Assembly (NCBI GenBank): GCA_965368975.1
Contig: CBDUPA010000019.1
Location: 64,001 to 128,000 of the forward strand
Reading direction: 5' to 3'
Origin: an uncultured bacterium
Lineage (GTDB): Bacteria; Acidobacteriota; Thermoanaerobaculia; Multivoradales; JAHZIX01
Length of the DNA: 64,000 nucleotides
Shown here: positions 35,201 through 41,200 of the stretch, piece after piece
How positions within the stretch are numbered: position 1 is the first letter of the stretch
Layout: every line of letters starts with the position of its first letter
Position numbers and translations under genes: made by a program
The notes under the pieces: generated by a model
The model's database searches: none
Told to the model about the DNA's origin: nothing
The model's input: only the letters and a program-made list of their open reading frames with translations

Positions 35201-38200
35201 CAGGCCGTGCGCAAAGACGTCGAGCACCCGGCGGCGGACCGTCTCCAGCAGGGCGGCGAACCCATCGCCCTCAGGGTTTCCTTGCGCCGGTACCCGCACC
35301 ACCAGCGTGTTGGCGAAGTAGCCGATCAACGGCTCGAACTCGGGGCGTTCGCGTCCCGCGATCGGGAAGCCGATGGCCACTTCCGCCTGCCCAGCATGAC
35401 GCCCGAGCAACAGCCCCCAGGTAGCCAGTAGCACCATGAAGGGCGTCGCGTCTTGCTGGGCCGCGAAGCGTTCCAGGCGCTCCAGCAGCTCTGGCGACCA
35501 GCCGAGCGGCAGCAAGCTGGAACGGTGGCTCGGCCGCGCCGGCCGTGGCCGATCGGTCGGCAGGTCGAGGACCGGCAAACCGGAGAGTCGCGGACGCCAC
35601 CAGGCCAGTTCGTGCTCCACCACGTCGGAGCTCAGCAAGCGCCGCTGCCAGACCGCATAGTCAGCGAACTGGAACTGCAAGGCCGGCAGCGCCTCGGAAC
35701 CGCCATGACAGAGAGCGTTGTAGAACCACTCCAGTTCCTGCAGCAACACCGCCACCGACCAACCGTCCGCGGCAATGTGGTGCAGGTTGAGACCCAGCAC
35801 ACAGTCGTCGCTCGCCGTGCGCCAGACGGTGGCCCGCATCAGGGGACCGGCGGCCAAGTCGAAGGGCTGGCGTGCCGCCGCTGCCAGAGGCGGAGCAACA
35901 CCGGGGACCTCGGTCAGGTCGACGACCTGCACGGGAAACCGGGCCGGCAGCGCGCCGGCAGGCTGAATCACTTGTACCGGCGAACCGCCGGCGGTGCGCA
36001 TGACGGTTCGCAGACTCTCGTGCCGAGCGACCACGAGGGCCAGAGATCTCTCCAGGACCCGCACCTTCAGGTCCCCGCGCAGGCGTAGCCCCACGGGGAT
36101 GATGTAGGCCCCGGTTGCCGAGCCCAGGCGGTCGAGCAGCCACATGCGTTCCTGACCGAACGACAGCGGCGGCAGGTCCTCCGGCACACCGCTGGCACCT
36201 CGACTCAGTGCGACCAAGGGCGTCGCCGCCAGGCTGGCGGCACTGTTGGTTCTCGAGGCGGTTCTCTCAGTACCCGCCTCAGCCTCAGTGATCGCTCCCG
36301 ACGCCGCGTGATCGACTCCCGGGATCGTTGCCAGGGTGGCCGCCAGGTCGGCGACCACGGGCGCTTGAAAGATCGTCTCGAGCGGTACCTCGACGTGGAG
36401 TTCGAGCCGCAGCCGCGCGGCCAGGCGTGTCGCCAGCAGCGAGTGTCCACCAAGCTCGAAGAAGTCGTCGCCGCGCCCCACGTGCTGGCGCTGCAGAACC
36501 TCGCCGACGGCCCGGGCCACCAGAACTTCCAGCCCTCCACGCGGAGCCTCATAGGCCTCGCCCACTGTCTGCATGGCGCGCGCGGCCAGCAGCTTGCGAT
36601 CGACCTTGTGATTGGCGGTCAGCGGCAGCGCATCGAGCCGTTGCAAGGCGGACGGCACCATGTAAGGCGGCAGCCGCCGGCCGAGCTGGCTGCGCAGGAG
36701 TGTCTCGTCGAGATTGCCAGCGCCGGGTGCCGGCACCACGAAAGCCACCAGGCGCGCGTGGTGTTCCTCCCCCACCACCAGCACGGCCGCCTCGTCGACG
36801 CCCTCCTGCTGGCGCAGGGCCGCCTCGATCTCGCCCAACTCGATGCGAAAGCCGCGGACCTTGACCTGGTGGTCGAGGCGGCCGAGGAAGTCGAGCCGCC
36901 CATCGGCGCGCAGGCGGCCCAGGTCGCCGGTGCGGTACATGCGGGCCCCCACCTGGCGCCTGCCGCACGCGAGCTCACTGGTGGACACCGCCGCCGGCAC
37001 GTCGAGCTGTGGCACGAAGGCCATGGCCGTGGCCGCCGCCCGTCGCAAGTAGCCGCGCGCAACGCCGGCACCCCCGAGCACGATCTCGCCCGCAGCGCCC
37101 AGCAGCACCGGCCGCTGCGTCCGATCCAGCAAGTAGATTGCCACGCCATCGACCGGCCGGCCGATGGGCGGCACGCCTACAGCGCCTTCGGGCACCCAGC
37201 CATAGGAGGCCACGACGGAACTCTCCGTCGGCCCGTAGTTGTTGACCAATTCGAACGGCAAGCCAGGCCGTGGCGCCGCGTGCAGACGATCGGCTCCGGT
37301 CAACAGCAGGGACAGTCGCGCGCCACGCGGCCACGACAAGCGCATCAGCTCTTCAGCCAGCGGTGACACCAGGAAGGTCGACTCGGCACCGCGCGTCAGG
37401 AACCAGTCGCGCAGTCGCGGAGGATCGCTGACCGCAGCGTCGGAGGGTACCTGCAAGGTCGCGCCGCAGGTCAACACCGACCACAGGTCCCAGACCGCGA
37501 CGTCGAAGCCCAGGCCCGAGACGAGCGTGGCGCTGCGGCGGGCGCCCGGCTGGTCTGGCCCCCCGATCGCATACCGGCGCTGGTGCCAGTCGATCAGGTT
37601 CGCCAGCCCAGCGTGGTGCACCTGCACGCCCTTGGGTCGCCCGGTGGAGCCGGAGGTGAAGATCATGTACGCCAGCTGTTGGGGCTCCGGGGCCTGTAAC
37701 TGAGGGGCCTGTAACTGAGGGGCCTGTAGCTGAGGGGCCTGTAGCTGAGGCGTTGGGCCTCGCCACGGTGTACCTTCCGGTTCGACCGCGGTCAGCACGC
37801 GAGCCGGCAGCTTCCCGGGCATCTCATCGAGCCGAGCCTCGGTCGTGATCAGGATCGGGTCGCGCCCGTCGAAGGCCGCCAGGTCCTCCAGCACCGCCTG
37901 TAACCGCTCGACCGGCAAGGCAAAGTCGAGCGGCACATAGGCTCCGCCGGCGTAGAGGACGGCCAGGGCGGCCGTGACGTAGTCGGCACCGCGCGGCAGT
38001 AGCACGGCGACCGGGGTTTCAAAGCCGACATCCAATACACGCAGTCGCCCGGCCAGCGCCTGCGCGCGCTGGTCCAGGCAACGGTAGGTGACGCCCAGAT
38101 CGAGCCCCCGGCCAGCGCCCGCCACCGCAGTATCGACCGCGTCCGTGCCTGCGTCCGCGACCCAGACGGCTACCGCGTCCGGGACTTGACGCGCAGCAGC

Positions 38201-41200
38201 TGCCACGCGCTGCGGGATGGCCTGGAAACGAGCACCATCATCGCGGGGTCTCGGCTCGAAGGCAGCGTGGTTCCACTCCAGCAGCCACTGGTGACGCTGG
38301 GCCACCGTCAGCAGCGGCAAAGCGGCAACCGGGGTCGAGGGTGCGGTCAGCGCCGCCTGCAGCAGGTGCTCCCAAGCCCCCAGCCAGCGCTGCACGGTGC
38401 TGGCATCGAACAGGTCGCTGGCCGCGAGCAGCGACGCGGCGAGGCTGGACCTGGGCCCGGACGGCACCATGGCCAACCGCAGCACCAAGTCGAAGGTGGC
38501 CGACCGCTCCGGCAGTTCGATGGATTCGAGAGTCAGGCCGCCATCCCCGGGGCCACCCATCTTCAAGGTTCCCCCGGCCAACCCGAGCGCGAAGGCGGCG
38601 AGGCCGGCGTCTTGCGCCAGTCGTGGACGCTGCAGCGTCAGCATGGTCTGGAACACCGGCGAGCGCCCCGGGTCGCGTTCCGGATGCAGCACTTCGGCCA
38701 GGCGTGGGAACGGCAGCTCCGCGTGCGCCAGGGCCGCGACGACGCGGTCGCGTACCTGCCGCAACAAGCCGCCAAAGTCGAGCCCTTCCGAGCTTGTACC
38801 CAGATCCACCGCGATCGCCAGGGGGTTGACGAAGTAGCCCACCAACGGTGCCCACTCGCCCCGGCGACGACCCGCCGAAGGGATGCCGACAATCAACCGC
38901 CGCTGGCCAGTGAGGCGACCCAGCAAAACGGCCCAACTGGCCAGCAGTACCGTCAGCGGCGTCGCTTCGGCGGCGCGCGCAACAGTACTCACCGAAGACT
39001 CTTCGAGGGCCAAGCGGCGCGTCACCGCCAGCCCGCGCTGACTCGGCTGTGCCGGTCTGGGGCGATCAGTCGCCAGGTCGAGCACCAGCGGCACGTTCGC
39101 CAGGCGCTGTCGCCACCAGGCTTCCAGCTCTTCGCCCTGGTCGACGAGACAGCGTGTCTCATCGCGCACGAAGTGACCGTAGTCCGCGGGGAGCGGCGCA
39201 AGCTCCAGAGGCAGTACCTCGGCGGCGCACAGCTCACCGAGCTCACGAACCAGCACGCTCAAGGACCAGAAGTCCGCGATGAGATGGTGAATGACCAACA
39301 CCAGCACGGCCGAACCGTCCGCCGTCGAGGCCCCCTCCTCCTCGAGCAGGGCGACGCGTACCAGGGGCCCTGCCTCGAGATCGAAGGGCCGGTCAATCAG
39401 AGCTTCGAGCGCCTCGGGAGTGGCCCGGGGAGTAGCCCCGGCACCGACGACCAGCTCCGGTACCACCTGTCGTCGCACCCGTCGCAGGTCTCCCTCAGGA
39501 GCCGTGAAGGTGGTGCGTAGCTCGCCGTGACGCTGGGCCAAGAGCGCCAGGATCCCTCGTAGGCGGGGCTCGCTTGGCGCAGGGGAAATCCGAGCCGCGG
39601 CCGCGATGTGATAGGCAGCGGCGCGCGGTGCCTGGCGCGCTAACAACCAGAGGGCGCGTTGGCCGTAGGAGGGGTCTTCGTCTTCGTCGCCGAGATCGTC
39701 CTTGCTCGACGCCGGCGTCTCAGCTTCCCGACCCTGTCCCGGCCCCGGTTGGATCGCCGCCAGCAGTCGGGAGGCCAGACCCTTGAGATCCAGATCGCCG
39801 AGTAGCACATCGACCGGAACCTCGACACCGAAGTCTTGCTGCACCCCATGCTGCAGCTGCACGACATCCAACGAGTCCAGGCCCAAAGAGGTGAGCGGCT
39901 GATCCGCGCGCACAGCACTCAGCGGCTGATCCGCCGCCGCCGCCAAGCGACGCTTGAGTTCCAGGCGCAGCAGCGGACCGCGTTCGTCCTCGTCCATGGC
40001 CAGGAGCAGCGCGCGATCGATGCGCAGCTCATCCCCGTCGTCTGACACGGTGTCGCTCTGCCGAGTACCGTCCTGCGGCGTCTCGGACTGCACCGCCGCG
40101 GGACGCGCCGCACCGCTCCGTGCCACCACGTTCAAGCTCTCGTCGAGGTAGCCACGGCGGCAGGCATGACGCTGGATCTTGCCGCTCGACGTCTTGGGCA
40201 CGCTGCCGGTGCGCAGCAGCACGATTTCGTGCAAGCGCACCTCGTGCCCCTCGGCCAGGGCCTGCCGCACGGCGTCGAAGATCTCCTCGTTGGACGCGTC
40301 GGGATGGCGCACCACCTCCGCGACATAGACCAGTGCCTCGCCGCCCGCGGCTTCGTCACCCGTCGGATCGACCGCGAAGGCGGCGGAACAACCAGCCCGC
40401 AGGGCACTGTGCGCCGCCTCGGCGGTGGCTTCCAGATCCTGTGGATAGTGGTTGCGCCCGCGCAGGATGATCAGGTCCTTGAGCCGGCCGGTGACGTAGA
40501 GTTCACCGTCTCGCAGGAAGCCGAGGTCACCTGTGCGCAGCCAGCCGTCCCTCTCTTGGGAAGAGCCGGCTAGATTTGCGTCGAAGGTCTCGGCGGTCAC
40601 CTCCGGCCGGCGCCAGTAACCACCCGCGACGCTCGGACCGCGCACCCAGATCTCCCCGACGGTGCCTTCGGCCACGGGTTGCGCGGTCTCGGGATCGACC
40701 AGGCGCACGTCCTGCGCGTGACGGTCGACGCGGCCGCTGCTGACCAGGGAGCGTGCCGTGCCGGCGTCCGCGCTCGCCGATGTACTTGGCTCGTCTCTGC
40801 CCTGCTTCGCCTGCCCCTGCTCCAGCGCCGCGGCGTCGAAGTCTCCGCGCACGAAGCCGCGTCCGGGCACCGCGCCGGTGACGAAGAGCGTCGCCTCGGC
40901 AAGTCCGTAGCACGGGAAGAAGATGTCGCGCCGGAAACCGCAGTCGGCGAAAGCATCGGCGAAGGCGTCAAGGGTGGCGGCACGCACCGGTTCGGCACCG
41001 TTGAAGGCCAGACGCCAACTCGACAGGTCGAGACCCGCTTTCTCTTCGTCGCTGACCTTGCGCGTGCACAACTCGTAAGCGAAGTTGGGGCCGCCGCTGG
41101 TAGTCGAACGGTACTTGCTGATCGCCTGCAGCCAGCGCACCGGCCGCTGCAAGAATGCGACGGGCGACATGAGGACACAGGAGGTCTGCAGATACAGCGG

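Larger units (their letters stand above)
31150..36170 (-). other. Module 2: tandem C-C, LYS2/aminoadipate-reductase-like A domain, T
   Basis: Two consecutive C domains, both HHIAADGWS (~35770 and ~34235), with no A or T between them. A domain has [47 protein letters not shown] and [14 protein letters not shown]. T motif GGHSL at ~31270. Confidence 0.85.
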
